In this document: positions 34,562 through 47,801 of the stretch, one piece after another
Numbering within the stretch: position 1 is the first letter of the stretch
Layout of the letters: every line of letters starts with the position of its first letter
Assembly: GCA_002269645.1 (NCBI GenBank)
Contig: NIVC01001338.1
Location: 1-64,000, forward strand
DNA: 64,000 nt
Direction of reading: 5' to 3'
From: Macrostomum lignano
Lineage: Eukaryota
The notes under the pieces: generated by a model
What the model saw: only the letters and a program-made list of their open reading frames with translations
The model's database searches: none
What the model was told of the DNA's origin: nothing
Made by a program: the position numbers and the translations under genes

Positions 34562-37500
34562 GGCATGCAGCCCCGCTCACCCGCGGCCAGCAAGAAGTCG
34601 TCCGCCCCGCCCAGTCCGCAGTAGCCGCCGCCGCCAGTCGCAGCGCCGGGCGAGTAGCGGCAGCCGCCGACCGTGCAGGTCTTCCGGCCAGTCGTCGCCG
34701 CCGATGACGTCGCTGCCGATACGCAGGTTGCCGTCCCGGCGGCGCCCGTCGCCGATTCGACCAGCCGCGGCGAGGAGGAGCCGGGCAGCAGCCGCCTGGC
34801 CACCCGGTCGTGCCCGGCCGCCCGTCCGGCCGCGCCGGCCGCTCCGCCAGCCGTCCGACACCGCAGGAAGACGATGGCGGCGATGAGGAAGATGGACACG
34901 ATCACCGTGACCACCACCATCGCCAGGATGATCGCCAGGTTGCCGTCCGCTGTCCGCGGCGAGCTGCCGAAGAACCCGCCGCCGCCTTCGTCGGGTGCTC
35001 GTTCAACAATCCTAATGGTGAGATTTGCCCAGCTGCTCCGCGGCGGCTGGCCGCGGTCGGCGGCGACAATCCTGAGCCGGACAAACTGTCCGAGATCCCT
35101 GGCCGGGTTGATCTGGCCGGACAGTAGAATTTCGCCTTCAGGGGTGACGCTGAACAGTCTGGTCGGCGGCTGGTGGCTCTCCAGGCTGTACACCACGGTG
35201 CCGTTGGGCCCGTAGTCCGGGTCCTTGGTGCGCAGGCGGGCCACCGGGCGTCCGATCGGTTGCTGGACGGACACGTTCACCTGCTGAGTGTCCGAGCTGG
35301 GAAACACCCACTGCGGACTGTTGTCGTTGATGTCCAAGATGGACACAGTCACGTGGGCCGTCTGGCGACGTCCGGCCTGGTCGTCGGCTAGCACCTGGGA
35401 GGATTGTTTGGGGAATCGAAGTGGATTGCTAGACTAGCCAAGAGCACCTGGGAGGATTGTTTGGGGGATCGGAGTGGATTGCTAGACTAGCCAAGAGCAC
35501 CTGGGAGGATTGTTTTGGGGATCGGGGTGGATTGCTAGACTAGCCAAGAGCACCTGGGAGGATTGTTTGGGGGATCGGAGTGGATTGCTAGACTAGCCAA
35601 GAGCACCTGGGGCATTTCTAACCATCAGGCATGTACACTCTGTGTGCCTTGGGGGTTGGGGGTTTATAAGGATTAAAATGGATTGCTTAACTAGCCAATG
35701 TGGTTTGTAATGATTAGAATGGATTGCTAGACTGGTCAATGTGAGAGAGCAGTGTTGCCATTCTAAGACCGTTCAAGCCAAATCATTATTTGCATTTCCG
35801 CTCTCCCGTCAAGAGGCCACTGTGTCTATAAAGTTGAGCCCATCAGTTTGTCAAGTAGTCAGCCGAAGCACTTAGCCAAAATGGCCAAATCAAGTGACGC
35901 AGGTGTTTTTATCCACAGCTTTTACTGTCAATAAAATAAAAATTTAATGTAGCCAGCCACCTGCTGACCAGTGTCTCTCTGAGTCAGTCGGGTTCCACAA
36001 GCTCTTATTTCCAAAAAAACCATTTGTGATGACCAACTGAAGGTTAAACCGCATTAAAATTGTCCAACACGTGACGTGAAGTTGTTTTGTAGAATAATTT
36101 AAGATAAATTTGAATCATTGTTGCACCGCTAGAACGCGTTGTCGTGTATAACAAACCATGAACGTATTCCACAAGTAACCAAGATGCTTCACTACATTAC
36201 AACAAACCTAGAGCATATTCCAGAAAATTGTTGGAATGCTTAATTTCATTATAACAAATCTTAAAATGCATGCAATCAATAACCCGAATGTTTAACTCTA
36301 TTATAACAAAATCTTTGTCCATATTCCAAGAAACGCGATTCTAAACTGCACCAAAAACACTCACCAAAAAGGTGAACGACTCCCTGAACTCCCTGTCAAT
36401 CGGCTGGCTCCCCGTGTACACCCGGCCATCCTGGGTCACTCTGAAGTAGTTGAAGGCCAGCTGGCTGTCCGGCCCGCTGGGACCGCCCAGCATCCGGTAC
36501 ACCACTCGCCGATGGCGCTCCTCGGCGTCGCAGTCGCTGGCCGTCACGTTGCCTAGGTAACGCGTCAGTTCGGCGTTCTCCTCCACGGCGAATGCGTAGT
36601 GACTCGCCGAGAACTCCGGCGGGCAGTCGTTGACGTCCTCGATGTTCACCACGACGGTGCCAGTCGCTGTCCGACGCCGTCCCTCAACGTCGGGCAAGTC
36701 GCCGAGGTCAGTGGCAAACACGGTCAGGTTGAACTGCTGCTCCAGCTCGCGGTCAAAGCTGCGCCGGGCCCAGATTGCCGCGGTTCCGCGGTCGATGTCG
36801 AAGTGCCGACTGGAAGCCGCGTCCAGCGAATAGCGCAGCTCGGCGTTGTCCCCGGAGTCGGCGTCCCGGGCCTCCATCTTGGCCAGGAAGAAGGCAGGCA
36901 GCGGGTCTTTGTTTTCCGGCAGCAGCACAAAGAGCGGATTCTGCAAAAACTCTGGCGTGTTGTCGTTCTCGTCGCGAATGTCGATCCGCATCACGACGCT
37001 GTCTACGCGGTTCGGCGTGCCGTTGTCGTTGCAGGAGATCCGCACTGTGAAGCTGGGCGTCTGTTCGCGATCGAATGCCCTGTTGCTGACCACCAAGAAG
37101 TTGCGCTTGGCGGATTTGTACAGCGGCAGGATGCCGAACTCCGTAGGCGGCTCCACGTAGCAGGCGACCGACAGCGACTCCTCTTTGTCGTCGGCGTCGA
37201 AGACGTCTAGCGAAGCCACTGTGGTGCCGAAGGCGGCGTTCTCTGCCAGCTCGAAGTTGCCGCTGCTGCCGCCGCCGCCGCCGCCTCCGAAGCTGACCAG
37301 AGTGATCTTCGGCGGGTTGTCGTTCTCGTTGACAACCTCGATGCGCACGCTGGCGTCAGCGGAGTGCTTGCCGTCGGTCACCGTCACGGGAATGTCGTAG
37401 CTCTTTTGCTCTTCGTAGTCCAACGTCCGCATCGCCCACACGGAGCCGGTGCGCTCGTCGACGCGGAACATCTCGGCGACGCTCTGGCTGGCCGATACGC

Positions 37501-38422
37501 CCAGGCGGAAGCGCAGCCGCTCCATGTCCGAGTCATCCGCGTCCGTGGCGTTCAGCCGCAGCAGCTCCCGGCTGAGCGGCGAGTTCTCCGCCACCTTGAC
37601 CAGCCTGGGGAACCGGCCGAACCGAGGCGGGTTGTCGTTGATGTCGGAGACGCTGATGTTGACGGTCAGGCTGCCGGTGAGGGCCGCCGGATGGCCGCCG
37701 TCGACAGCCACAAGCTCCGCCTGGTGCCACGCGGCGACTTCCCTGTCGAGGTCGGCGCGGATCTCCAGCCAGAGGCTGCCGGCCTGCCGCCCAGCCGGGT
37801 CGGCCAGCAGGTAGCCGAGCTGGAACTTGTCCAGGCCGCTGACCAGCTCGTACCGCTGCGTGGCATTCTCGGGCGCCTTGTCGGGGTCCATGGCAACCGG
37901 CAGCTGGAATCGAGAGCCAACTGGAGAGTGCTCCGGCACCTCCAGACTGAGCCGCGGCGAGTTCCAACGCGGCGCGTTGTCGTTCAGATCGACAACTCGC
38001 AGGTCGAGTCGGACAATTTCGCGAACCTTGCCGGGCTGGGATTTGTCGAACACGATGATGCTGAGGCTGAGCTTGCAGTCCGGCGCCTCGGGGCAGCAGG
38101 CGCCGACCTCGGAGCAGAGAGACTCGCGATCGATTTTTGACTTTTGAAACACTTCGCCGGTGCTGGCGTCCAGGTGGAAATAGCCCAGGTGTTGCCGGTC
38201 GAAGGCGCGGAACTGGCAGGAGGTGAACTCGTCAGATCGGTACAGCTGCTGGCTGATGAGCTGCTTGATGTCCGCCACCTTGGTGCCCGAGGGCTGCTCC
38301 TCAACGAACGAGTGATGAAGCTGGGACGCCTTCTGCTCAGCCGGGCGGACGCTGGGCGTTAAAACGACAATGATGAGGCACAGGAGGCAGAGAGAGGGAA
38401 GAAGCTGCGGATGGCGGGTCAT
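30353..38422 (-). CDS. Protocadherin (delta-like, 7 extracellular cadherin repeats, TM domain, cytoplasmic tail), ~1160 aa
   Basis: Exons 38422-36365, 35394-34581, 32504-32362 (alternative donor 32389), 31311-31143, 30651-30353; all GT-AG and phase-consistent. Signal peptide; EC1 with IDRESLC...C; DxNDN-type linkers DLNDNAP, DINDNPP, NENDNPP, DENDNTP, DVNDCPP, DINDNSP; TM LAIILAMVVVTVIVSIFLIAAIVFL; cytoplasmic DSGKGHS; C-terminus STFV*. Confidence 0.93.
30740..30830 (+). mobile_element. Partial copy of SINE family A in protocadherin intron 4
   Basis: ttggctctgctcgtgcaatt...ccaacccccaaggcacagtgcagtgtgtcctaacgataa matches the interior of the 26350-26713 element. Confidence 0.7.
31490..32335. 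repeat. (GACT)n microsatellite, ~205 near-perfect units, in protocadherin intron 3
   Basis: Directly visible. Confidence 0.98.
32645..33505. repeat. ~44-bp pyrimidine-rich minisatellite in protocadherin intron 2
   Basis: Unit gacctttccgctccctacctcactttgattcttccctttcttcc with shorter variants. Confidence 0.95.
34390..34562. repeat. (GACA)n microsatellite next to a protocadherin donor site
   Basis: Directly visible. Confidence 0.96.
35391..35612. repeat. 53-bp tandem repeat x4 that includes the protocadherin exon-2 splice acceptor
   Basis: GCACCTGGG recurs at 35391, 35444, 35497, 35550, 35603. Confidence 0.93.
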
Positions 38423-38504
38423 GCTATGCGGCGCCGCGGCACCTTTGATGCGGCCTGCGAACCGGTACAGGGGGTGGTGGATGGTTGTAAATTTCCATAA
38501 TTAC

Positions 38505-41500
38505 TGGATGATGTGTTAGACAAGTACTGGATGGGGTGTTAGACAAGTACTGGATGGGGTGTTAGACAAGTACTGGATGGGGTGTTAGACAAGTACTGGA
38601 TGGGGTGTTAGACAAGTACTGGATGGGGTGTTAGACAACTACTGGATGGGGTGTTAGACAAGTACTGGATAGGGTGTTAGACAAGTACTGGATGGGGTGT
38701 TAGACAAGTACTGGATGGGGTGTTAGACAAGTACTGGATGGGGTGTTAGACAAGTACTGGATGGGGTGTTAGACAAGTACTGGATGGGGTGTTAGACAAG
38801 TACTGGATGGGGTGTTAGACAAGTACTGGATAGGGTGTTAGACAAGTACTGGATGGGGTGTTAGGCAAGTACTGGATGGGGTGTTAGAAAGTACTGAATA
38901 GGGTGTTAGACAAGTACTGGATGGGGTGTTAGACTAGATGAGGTGTTAGACTAGATGAGGTGTTAGACTAGATGGGGTGTTAGACAAGTACTGAATTGGG
39001 TGTTAGACAAGTACTGGATGGGGTGTTAGACAAATACTGGATAGGGTGTTAGACAACTACTAGATGGGGTGTTAGACAAGTACTGAATAGGGTGTTAAAC
39101 AAGTACTGGATGGGGTGTTAGAAAAGTACTGGCTAGGGTGTTAGACAAGTACTGGATGGGGGTGTTAGACTAGATGGGGTGTTAGACTAGATGGGATGTT
39201 AGACTAGATGGGGTGTTAGACTAGATGGGGTGTTAGACTAGATGGGGTGTTAGACTAGATGGGGTGTTAGACTAGATGAGGTGTTAGACTAGATGGGGTG
39301 TTAGACTAGATGGGGTGTTAGACTAGATGGGGTGTTAGATAGATGGGGTGTTAGACTAGATGGGGTGTTAGACAAGTACTGGATGGGGGTGTTAGACAAG
39401 TACTGGATGGGGGTGTTAGACAAGTACTGGATGGGGTGTTAGACAAGTACTGGATGGGGTGTTAGACTAGATGAGGTGTTAGACTAGATGGGGTGTTAGA
39501 CTAGATGGGGTGTTAGACTAGATGAGGTGTTAGACTAGATGGGGTTTTAGACAAGTACTGGATGGGGTGTTAGACAAGTACTGGATGGGGGTGTTAGACA
39601 AGTACTGGATAGGGTGTTAGACAAGTACTGGATGGGGTGTTAGGCAAGTACTGGATGGGGTGTTAGAAAGTACTGAATAGGGTGTTAGACAAGTAATGGA
39701 TGGGGTGTTAGACTAGATGTGTTAGACTAGATGGGGTGTTAGACAGAATGGGGTGTTAGACAAGTACTGGATGGGGTGTTAGACAAGTACTGGGTGGGGA
39801 TGTTAGACAAGTACTGGATGGGGTGTTAGACTAGATGGGGTGTTAGACTAGATGGGGTGTTAGACTAGATGGGGTGTTAGACTAGATGAGGTGTTAGACT
39901 AGATGGGGTGTTAGACTAGATGGGGTGTTAGACTAGATGGGGTGTTAGACTAGATGAGGTGTTAGACTAGATGGGGTGTTAGACTAGATGGGGTGTTAGA
40001 CTAGATGGGGTGTTAGACTAGATGGGGTGTTAGACTAGATGGGGTGTTAGACTAGATGGGGTGTTAGACTAGATGGGGTGTTAGACAAGTACTGGATGGG
40101 GTGTTAGACTAGATGGGGTGTTAGACTAGATGGGGTGTTAGACAAGTACTGGATGGGGTGTTAGACTAGTACTGGATGGGGGTGTTAGACAAGTACTGGA
40201 TGGGGTGTTAGACAAGTACTGGATGGGGTGTTAGACTAGATGAGGTGTTAGACTAGATGGGGTGTTAGACTAGATGGGGTGTTAGACTAGATGAGGTGTT
40301 AGACTAGATGGGGTTTTAGACAAGTACTGGATGGGGTGTTAGACAAGTACTGGATGGGGGTGTTAGACAAGTACTGGATAGGGTGTTAGACAAGTACTGG
40401 ATGGGGTGTTAGGCAAGTACTGGATGGGGTGTTAGAAAGTACTCAATAGGGTGTTAGACAAGTAATGGATGGGGTGTTAGACTAGATGTGTTAGACTAGA
40501 TGGGTGTTAGACTAGATGGGGTGTTAGACAAGTACTGGATGGGGTGTTAGACAAGTACTGGGTGGGGGTGTTAGACAAGTACTGGATGGGGTGTTAGACT
40601 AGATGGGGTGTTAGACTAGATGGGGTGTTAGACTAGATGGGGTGTTAGACTAGATGAGGTGTTAGACTAGATGGGGTGTTAGACTAGATGGGGTGTTAGA
40701 CTAGATGGGGTGTTAGACTAGATGAGGTGTTAGACTAGATGGGGTGTTAGACTAGATGGGGTGTTAGACTAGATGGGGTGTTAGACTAGATGGGGTGTTA
40801 GACTAGATGGGGTGTTAGACAAGTACTGGATGGGGGTGTTAGACAAGTACTGGATGGGGGTGTTAGACAAGTACTGGATGGGGTGTTAGACAAGTACTGG
40901 ATGGGGTGTTAGACTAGATGAGGTGTTAGACTAGATGGGGTGTTAGACTAGATGGGGTGTTAGACTAGATGAGGTGTTAGACTAGATGGGGTTTTAGACA
41001 AGTACTGGATGGGGTGTTAGAAAAGTACTGGATGGGGGTGTTAGACAAGTACTGGATAGGGTGTTAGACAAGTACTGGATGGGGTGTTAGGCAAGTACTG
41101 GATGGGGTGTTAGAAAGTACTCAATAGGGTGTTAGACAAGTACTGGATGGGGTGTTAGACAAGTACTGGATGGGGTGTTAGACAAGTACTGGATGGGGTG
41201 TTAGACTAGATGAGGTGTTAGACTAGATGGGGTGTTAGACTAGATGGGGTGTTAGACTAGATGAGGTGTTAGACTAGATGGGGTTTTAGACAAGTACTGG
41301 ATGGGGTGTTAGACAAGTACTGGATGGGGTGTTAGACAAGTACTGGATAGGGTGTTAGACAAGTACTGGATGGGGTGTTAGGCAAGTACTGGATGGGGTG
41401 TTAGAAAGTACTCAATAGGGTGTTAGACAAGTAATGGATGGGGTGTTAGACTAGATGTGTTAGACTAGATGGGGTGTTAGACTAGATGGGGTGTTAGACA

Positions 41501-43860
41501 AGTACTGGATGGGGTGTTAGACAAGTACTGGGTGGGGGTGTTAGACAAGTACTGGATGGGGTGTTAGACTAGATGGGGTGTTAGACTAGATGGGGTGTTA
41601 GACTAGATGGGGTGTTAGACTAGATGAGGTGTTAGACTAGATGGGGTGTTAGACTAGATGGGGTGTTAGACTAGATGGGGTGTTAGACTAGATGAGGTGT
41701 TAGACTAGATGGGGTGTTAGACTAGATGGGGTGTTAGACTAGATGGGGTGTTAGACTAGATGGGGTGTTAGACTAGATGGGGTGTTAGACAAGTACTGGA
41801 TGGGGGTTTAGACAAGTACTGGATGGGGGTGTTAGACAAGTACTGGATGGGGTGTTAGACAAGTACTGGATGGGGTGTTAGACTAGATGAGGTGTTAGAC
41901 TAGATGGGGTGTTAGACTAGATGGGGTGTTAGACTAGATGAGGTGTTAGACTAGATGGGGTTTTAGACAAGTACTGGATGGGGTGTTAGACAAGTACTGG
42001 ATGGGGGTGTTAGACAAGTACTGGATAGGGTGTTAGACAAGTACTGGATGGGGTGTTAGGCAAGTACTGGATGGGGTGTTAGAAAGTACTCAATAGGGTG
42101 TTAGACAAGTAATGGATGGGGTGTTAGACTAGATGTGTTAGACTAGATGGGGTGTTAGACTAGATGGGGTGTTGGACAAGTACTGGATGGGGTGTTAGAC
42201 AAGTACTGGGTGGGGGTGTTAGACAAGTACTGGATGGGGTGTTAGACTAGATGGGGTGTTAGACTAGATGGGGTGTTAGACTAGATGGGGTGTTAGACTA
42301 GATGGGGTGTTAGACTAGATGAGGTGTTAGACTAGATGGGGTGTTAGACTAGATGGGGTGTTAGACTAGATGGGGTGTTAGACTAGATGAGGTGTTAGAC
42401 TAGATGGGGTGTTAGACTAGATGGGGTGTTAGACTAGATGGGGTGTTAGACTAGATGGGGTGTTAGACTAGATGGGGTGTTAGACAAGTACTGGATGGGG
42501 GTGTTAGACAAGTACTGGATGGGGGTGTTAGACAAGTACTGGATGGGGTGTTAGACAAGTACTGGATGGGGTGTTAGACTAGATGAGGTGTTAGACTAGA
42601 TGGGGTGTTAGACTAGATGGGGTGTTAGACTAGATGGGGTGTTAGACTAGATGAGGTGTTAGACTAGATGGGGTTTTAGACAAGTACTGGATGGGGTGTT
42701 AGACAAGTACTGGATGGGGGTGTTAGACAAGTACTGGATGGGGTGTTAGACAAGTACTGGATGGGGTGTTAGGCAAGTACTAGATGGGGTGTTAGAAAGT
42801 ACTGAATAGGGTGTTAGACAAGTACTGGATGGGGTGTTAGACTAGATGTGTTAGACTAGATGGGGTGTTAGACTAGATGGGGTGTTAGACAAGTACTGGA
42901 TGGGGTGTTAGACAAGTACTGAATTGGGTGTTAGACAAGTACTGGATGGGGTGTTAGACAAGTACTGGATAGGGTGTTAGACAACTACTGGATGGGGTGT
43001 TAGACTAGATGGGGTGTTAGACTAGATGAGGTGTTAGACTAGATGGGGTGTTAGACTAGATGGGGTGTTAGACTAGATGGAGTGTTAGACTAGATGGGGT
43101 GTTAGACTAGATGGGGTGTTAGACAAGTACTGGATGGGGGTGTTAGACAAGTACTGGATGGGGTGTTAGACAAGTACTGGATGGGGTGTTAGACTAGATG
43201 GGGTGTTAGACTAGATGGGATGTTAGACTAGATGGGGTGTTAGACTAGATGGGGTGTTAGACTAGATGGGGTGTTAGACCAGATGGGGTGTTAGACTAGA
43301 TGGGGTGTTAGACTAGATGGGGTGTTAGACAAGTACTGGATGGGGTGTTAGACTAGATGGGGTGTTAGACTAGATGGGGTGTTAGACTAGATGGGGTGTT
43401 AGACTAGATGGGGTGTTAGACAAGTACTGGATGGGGTGTTAGACTAGATGGGGTGTTAGACTAGATGGGGTGTTAGACAAGTACTGGATGGGGTGTTAGA
43501 CTAGATGGGGTGTTAGACTAGATGGGGTGTTAGACTAGATGGGGTGTTAGACTAGATGGGGTGTTAGACTAGATGGGGTGTTAGACTAGATGGGGTGTTA
43601 GACTAGATGGGGTGTTAGACTAGATGGGGTGTTAGACTAGATGGTGTGTTAGACAAGTACTGGATGGGGTGTTAGACAAGTACTGGATGGGGTGTTAGAC
43701 AAGTACTGGATGGGGTGTTAGACAAGTACTGGATGGGGGTGTTAGACAAGTACTGGATGGGGGTGTTAGACAAGTACTGGATGGGGGTGTTAGACAAGTA
43801 CTGGATGAGTTGTTCGTCATTTACTGGATGAGGTGTTAGACTAGATGGGTTGTTTGTCAC
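38505..43860. repeat. 5.4-kb composite satellite of 24-bp (gtgttagacaagtactggatgggg) and 18-bp (gtgttagactagatgggg) units
   Basis: Directly visible. Lies upstream of the protocadherin acceptor at 38455 and has higher-order periodicity. Confidence 0.97.
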
Positions 43861-44256
43861 TAGAGGAGAGCTGTTAGGGGTAGCTGTGGTCCAGTTTTGT
43901 TAATCTGCATTCAAAATTCAGCATTCAACTGTCTCAAACAGGCTTACAGCAGTTTTCCCCAGGTCCTGAGTCAGTTGCGGCAAACAAACTCTAACAAAAA
44001 TCTGTGCTGCTGACCCAGCTGCAACCTCAACTGGTACTCAAGCGTCAGTCTTGGTGCTAATTGACTTTGGCCAACTGGTCAAACAATTCAACTGCAAGGC
44101 CAGTGAGTTATCAAAAAGCGAAAGAATAATTAGAGGAACACCTGCTTAATTGGTGCAGTTTCCATAGCAACGAAGCAACTTGTGACAGTTGAAATTTTTG
44201 TGTGTGTCTAATTAATTGACCACAACCGGAAGTGAGTTCTGGAGATCCCGTGAGTC

Positions 44257-44263
44257 TATAAAA
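44257..44263 (+). promoter_or_regulatory. TATA box of the ependymin-related gene (ETS-like CCGGAAGT at ~44226)
   Basis: TATAAAA about 100 bp upstream of the ATG at 44361. Confidence 0.6.
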
Positions 44264-44360
44264 GCAACGGGACCTCCGAGGCCCAAGAAGTCCAGCAATC
44301 CAGAAACTCCCTAACTGCTTCTTCTGATCCCTGCTGAAACTCAACTCCCAAAGCAACGCC

Positions 44361-45005
44361 ATGCTGCTCAAGCTCATCGCCCTGGCCGCCATGGCCCACG
44401 TAGCCCTTGCTGGTGACTGCTGCCTGCCCGACGCCTTCCAGTTCACCATGCTGAGCGAGACTCGCCACCAGCACATGGGCAACTTCGCCATCCGCTCGCG
44501 CGTCGTGATGGCCGCCAACCTCACCGAGGGCCGCGTCGGGGTGTTCACCAGCACCAACAATGGCTACAACAGCGCCATGTACATCAACCTGCGCAGCGGC
44601 CGCGTGTTCATCAACAGCGCCTACGGTTGCTCCTCCATGCCCACCAACAGCGGCATCCTGACCCACGTGAACCGCTCCCGCTGCCTGCCCGACGACATCG
44701 GCTCCGGCGAGAGCATCAGCATCCGCCTTGGGGAGGACCTGAACGCCCGCCTGCTCACCAAGCAAATGCCCGGCAACACCACCATGAACGTACTGATTGA
44801 CGAGAAGTGCCATCCGATCCTGGTGAAGGTTGGCGGTCCCGGCTTTGACAGCACCAGCATCCTTGGCGACTTCCTGCCCGCCCCGCAGCCCGGCCTTCTG
44901 GACCCCCCGGCCGCCTGCAGCAATGGCAGCAGCACCCGAGCTGTCAACAAGAAGCGCAGCGCCGCCGTGACCCTGACCTACAACCACAGCCCAATGTTCG
45001 TGTAA
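44361..45005 (+). CDS. Ependymin-related secreted protein (EPDR family), intronless, 214 aa
   Basis: Signal peptide MLLKLIALAAMAHVALA. Ependymin cysteine scaffold CCLPDAF ... GC ... RCLP ... KCHP ... LLDPPAAC. N-glycosylation sequons (NLT, NRS, NTT). Strong C/G-ending codon bias. Confidence 0.82.
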   Translation: MLLKLIALAAMAHVALAGDCCLPDAFQFTMLSETRHQHMGNFAIRSRVVMAANLTEGRVGVFTSTNNGYNSAMYINLRSGRVFINSAYGCSSMPTNSGILTHVNRSRCLPDDIGSGESISIRLGEDLNARLLTKQMPGNTTMNVLIDEKCHPILVKVGGPGFDSTSILGDFLPAPQPGLLDPPAACSNGSSTRAVNKKRSAAVTLTYNHSPMFV

Positions 45006-45164
45006 AACCCAGCGGTGACAAATCAATTACCTGGTGATGGATCCCACTGATTACTAACTCCAAATTCAAAGAGCTGACATTCAAATAGAAACTATTTGAG
45101 TTGCTTCTGCATCTTTAAAAACTGCTTTTACTGACTTGTTTTCTTTTTATTTTTTTAATCTGAT

Positions 45165-46345
45165 GCACAAATGGGCGCCAGTCTGACACAAATGGGCACG
45201 AATCTGACACGAATGGACACCAGTCTGACACAAATGGATGCCACTCTGACACAAATAAGCACCAGTCTGACACAAATGGGCGCCAGTCTGACACAAATGG
45301 GCGCCAGTCTGACACAAATGGGCGCCAGTCTGACACAAATGGGCACCAGTCTGACACAAATGAACACCAGTCTGACACAAATGGGCACTAATCTGACACA
45401 AATGGACACCAGTCTGACACAAATGGACACCAGTCTGACACAAATGGACACCAGTCTGACACAAATGGACACCAGTCTGACACAAATGAACACCAGTCTG
45501 ACACAAATGGGCGCCAGTCTGACACAAATGGGCGCCAGTCTGACACAAATGGGCACCAATCTGACACAAATGGGCGCCAGTCTGACACAAATAGGCGCCA
45601 GTCTGATACAAATGGGCGCCAGTCTGACACAAATGGGCGCCAGTCTGATACAAATGGACACCAGTCTGATACAAATGGGCGCCAGTCTGACACAAATGGA
45701 CACCAGTCTGACACAAATGGACACCAGTCTGACACAAATGGACACCAGTCTGACACAAATGGGCGCCAGTCTGATACAAATGGGCGCCAGTCTGACACAA
45801 ATGGACACCAGTCTGACACAAATGGACACCAGTCTGACACAAATGAACACCAGTCTGACACAAATGGGCGCCAGTCTGACACAAATGGGCGCCAGTCTGA
45901 CACAAATGGGCACCAATCTGACACAAATGGGCGCCAGTCTGATACAAATGGGCGCCAGTCTGACACAAATGGGCGCCAGTCTGATACAAATGGACACCAG
46001 TCTGATACAAATGGGCGCCAGTCTGACACAAATGGACACCAGTCTGACACAAATGGACACCAGTCTGACACAAATGGACACCAGTCTGACACAAATAGGC
46101 GCCAGTCTGATACAAATGGGCGCCAGTCTGACACAAATGGACACCAGTCTGACACAAATGGGCGCCAGTCTGACACAAATGGACACCAGTCTGACACAAA
46201 TGGACACCAGTCTGACACAAATGGACACCAGTCTGACACAAATGGGCGCCAGTCTGATACAAATGGGCACCAATCTGACACAAATGGACACCAGTCTGAC
46301 ACAAATGGGCGCCAGTCTGACACAAATGGGCACCAATCTGACACC
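45165..46345. repeat. 21-bp minisatellite (ctgacacaaatgg[gcgc/acac]cagt)n, ~56 copies
   Basis: Directly visible. Four frames open purely because of the unit. Confidence 0.97.
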
Positions 46346-47188
46346 CTGTAAAAAGCGCCACCCTGACAACGAAATAGTCGCAATGTGATAACTTGAACTA
46401 GGCGCCACTCTGACACCTTGAAATGGGCGCCACTCTGATAGCCCCTGAGTTGTGCTAAGCACAACCAAAATCATTGCTTATAAATATATTTCAATTCGTA
46501 ATTTCGGTAAAGTGACTCCACTTGGACACATTGCTTCATTAAATGAGTGAATCATAATTAAAAGACACTCATTTAATTGTTAGATCACTGATTATAGAGA
46601 CATATTCGCCTAAAACAATCACCCGAAGTTGAGAACGGTAATTAACTGCCCCAGACAGAACAGATAGCTGACAAGTCATGAGCAGGCATAGCAATTAGCA
46701 CCTGGAAACCGTGACAATTAACTCTTATCACAGCTATTAGCGCCGCGGGAGGGACCTGAGAATACAAGAGACTTCGGGGAGGTCCTCTCTATATTTAGCT
46801 ATGGTGTTGTGATGCAATGGCTCCAATGCTGCTCAGAGACAGGAGCTCATGTCAGCCATTGCTTCATCCACCCAGTCCAGCCTCTCCATCGGGTCAAGAC
46901 GCAGACATTTCGCACGCCGTGAACTCGATTTGCGTTATCAGATTTTATCTGGAGCTGAGCCAACCCTTGAAACCCATGCAGATTAGATTACTATACTGCT
47001 GTGGCGTGGGACTCGGTCTAATAGATGGGCTTTAATCCGGGGGATAGCGGGCAGGGAGATGAAATTGGTGCTGCTTGAAAATAAAGTCTAAAACATGCAG
47101 TTCGATACTTCTGTAATGCGTTGCTCCGTTCTCAATAATATTGATTTTGCGTTCCAGACTCAATTGAGTCCCCTTGACTTTGTCGCTT

Positions 47189-47801
<613 letters not shown>

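Noticed and set aside
34673-38362. Multiple antisense and alternative-frame ORFs over the cadherin exons
   Set aside because: Expected shadow ORFs of GC-rich coding sequence. The same applies to those over the zinc-finger, COX11 and EPDR genes.
45115-46474. 400-440-aa ORFs (CQTGAHL, ICVRLAP, TQMGASL)
   Set aside because: A 21-bp unit leaves four frames open at once. No signal peptide, splice context or unique domain.
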